This document shows, one piece after another, positions 61,721 through 64,000 of a DNA stretch of 64,000 nucleotides. Below the pieces are notes generated by a model that was given only the letters and a program-made list of their open reading frames with translations, had not been told where the DNA came from and did no database searches. Each line of letters opens with the position of its first letter. Positions within the stretch are counted from its first letter, which is position 1. This DNA is from Narcine bancroftii. Its lineage: Eukaryota. Position numbers and translations under genes: made by a program. The stretch covers positions 138,570,001 to 138,634,000 of the forward strand of contig NC_091469.1 of the NCBI RefSeq assembly GCF_036971445.1, read 5' to 3'.

Positions 61721-63020
61721 CTCAATGGCAATTTCCTGCATGATATTCCATCACTTTATTTCCTTAATGGTCAGAAATCTAACATTCTCAGTTTTGAATG
61801 AGGTAATAAAATATGCAATTTTGTATTGTTTTAACATGCCCCAATTTCCCTTGATTCCACTGTAAATGATGATTGCATAAATGACCAAAATATGTTCCCC
61901 ACATTGCAGAAAAAAACCCTCTGAAAATCCATTTGCTCTCTAGCAATTAACTCAAGAGTGTGGAAGAATAGGGGCTAGGAAGCAGTGTTAGTAGAAGGCT
62001 GGAGCATTAATTTAGAGATGCGTGTGAAAATTTCACCATGGCAATTGGGTGATTCAAATTTAAGTAATTAACTAAACCCGGAATCAGATGTTAGCATCAG
62101 AAATAGTGGTGATGGAACACTTGAACTGTTGTTCAAACCATCTGGCACCCAATATCCTTCAATGAAGGACTCCAGCCTGGAACCAGCTTGTAACCACCTT
62201 TCCGCACTTCAGGGGTACTTGGGAGTTGACATTCACAGGCTGTGAATAAACAGATCCCCTAGCTCATTTTGTGGATGTAAAATCAGTACATAGAATACTG
62301 GAGCACTATACAGATCCTTCAGCCCTCAATGTTTTGCCGATGCATATATCCCTTAAAAAAAGCACAAAACCCACCCTATCCCGTAACCCTCTACTTTTCC
62401 CTCATCCATGTGACAGAGAGTCTCTTTAATGCCCTTTCTGACAATTTGTAATTCCACGAAGCAAGTCAAATTCATATAATCATGGAGCTACTTCCCTTGA
62501 GCTCTTCAAAGAAGGAGCACATTGAATAAATTACATGTGACTTAGGGCTCATATTTACCATTTGATATTGATATCCTCTGATCGGGATTGGTGTATCCTT
62601 CACTGGTTGGAAGTATTATGATTTTAGCAATTCTAGAAGTAAATTCACAAACATCTTTTAAGTCCATTCCTGCAATGCCATACGGATGTTACACTTACAC
62701 AAAAACAATCTTTGGCAAGAAAGATCAAAAAAAATCTTTGGCAAGAAAGGTCAGATTCGGGGTCGGAGGAGACAGTGAGTCAGTGCCTGGTGTCGGGTGA
62801 GAGGAGGAGGAGCCAAGAGACAGCATCAGAGGGTGAGTAGAATAAATAGCTGGACTTACCAGGGCTTGGGCTCAGAAAGGTCAGACTCAGGGTCGGAGGA
62901 GACAGCGAGTCAGTGCCTGGTGTCGGGTGAGAGGAGGAGGAGCCAGGAGTTAATTGGGGTTAATTGGTAAGGGCTAATAAAATGAGTAGAAAGGGAGGGA
63001 GCAGCGCAGTGAGTGAGTGG

Positions 63021-63340
63021 CCCAGTGAAGGAGTGGGGTCTTAGGACTTTGGCTCGAGGGACCAGTGAAGGAGTGGGGTCTTAGGACTTTGGCTCGAGGG
63101 ACCAGTGAAAGAGTGGGGTCTTAGGACTTTGGCTCGAGGGACTAGTGAAGGAGTGGGGTCTTAGGACTTTGGCTCGAGGGACCAGTGAAGGAGTGGGGTC
63201 TTAGGACTTTGGCTCGAGGGACCAGTAAAGGAGTGGGGTCTTAGGACTTTGGCTCGAGGGACCAGTGAAGGAGTGGGGTCTTAGGACTTTGGCTCGAGGG
63301 ACCAGTGAAGGAGTGGGGTCTTAGGACTTTGGCTTGAGAG
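63021..63340 (+). repeat. Eight tandem 40-bp monomers in the CR1 5' UTR
   Basis: Unit ACCAGTGAAGGAGTGGGGTCTTAGGACTTTGGCTCGAGGG, near-perfect, no spacers. Confidence 0.95.
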
Positions 63341-63398
63341 ACTTCGGCGAGAGGGAGTAACTTGCGTGGGAAGGGTATTTATATTAAGAAAGGAGGAA

Positions 63399-64000
63399 AT
63401 GGAGTCAGTTGGGGTAGTTAAGTGCTCCAATTGTGGGATGTGGGAAATTAGAGACAGCACAGCTGTTCCTGATGACTACACCTGCAAAAGGTGCATCCAA
63501 TTGCATATAATGAGTGACCGTGTTAAGGAGCTTGAGTTGCAGTTGGATGAACTGAGGATCATAAGGGAAGCAGAGGCAGTGATAGACAGGAGTTATAAGG
63601 AGACAGTCACCCCTAGAAGGCAGGAGTCAGGGAATTGGGTGACTGTGAGGAAAGGAGGGAGAGCTCCAGTGCAGAGTACCCCTGTGGAAGTGCAACTCAG
63701 CAATATGTATTCTGCATTGGATACTGCTGGGGGAACAGCCTATCAGGGACGAGTAGTGGGGGTCAGGTCTCTGGCATGGGGGCTGCCCCTGAGGTTCAGA
63801 AGGGAAGGAGGGATAAGAACAGGATACTTGTAGTTGGGGACTCGTTAGTCAGAGGGACAGATAGAAGGTTTGTGGGACGAGATCGAGGATCCAGGTTGGT
63901 ATGTTGCCTCCCTGGTGCCAGGGTCAGGGATATCTCTGATTGAGTACATAGCTTTCTGCAAGGGGAAGGAGAACAGCCAGAAGTCGTGGTCCATGTGGGG
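63399..64000 (+). pseudogene. CR1 ORF1 (zinc finger, leucine zipper, SGNH esterase), frameshifted
   Basis: CSNC...CKRC zinc finger, RVKELELQLDEL zipper, ILVVGDSLVRG and CLPGARVRD esterase motifs; frameshift near 63735 and stop at 63941. Confidence 0.88.

Larger units (their letters stand above)
62745..64000 (+). mobile_element. 5' end of a CR1 element (5' UTR repeats plus ORF1), running off the window
   Basis: Duplicated ~75-bp block at 62745 and 62874, a 40-bp array, then CR1 ORF1. Confidence 0.85.

Noticed and set aside
63021-63340. CRISPR-like array
   Set aside because: The repeats are head-to-tail with no unique spacers, there are no cas genes, and the context is a vertebrate CR1.

Overview
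Eukaryotic, repeat-saturated vertebrate DNA, most likely from an elasmobranch (shark/ray), judged by abundant V-domain (HE1-type) SINEs, DeuSINE relics and many CR1 LINE subfamilies. No host protein-coding gene could be recognised, so the window is probably intergenic or part of a large intron. Nearly every ORF in the track is a retroelement remnant or antisense noise. Contents: many CR1, Rex1/Babar, L1/Tx1, RTE and Penelope-like fragments; five solo LTRs with target-site duplications (TSDs); hAT-like and Harbinger-like MITEs; a Chapaev3-like DNA transposon remnant; an LF-SINE-like relic; several minisatellites; a 157-N gap; and the 5' end of a CR1 with a 40-bp monomer array. The most structured object is a 3.85-kb DIRS1-type tyrosine-recombinase retroelement (26391-30242). 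It keeps both termini, the internal complementary region, gag, the Dam-like methyltransferase domain and the recombinase, but has lost the reverse transcriptase core. Family names come from motif recognition by eye, not from database searches, and boundaries of old repeats are approximate.
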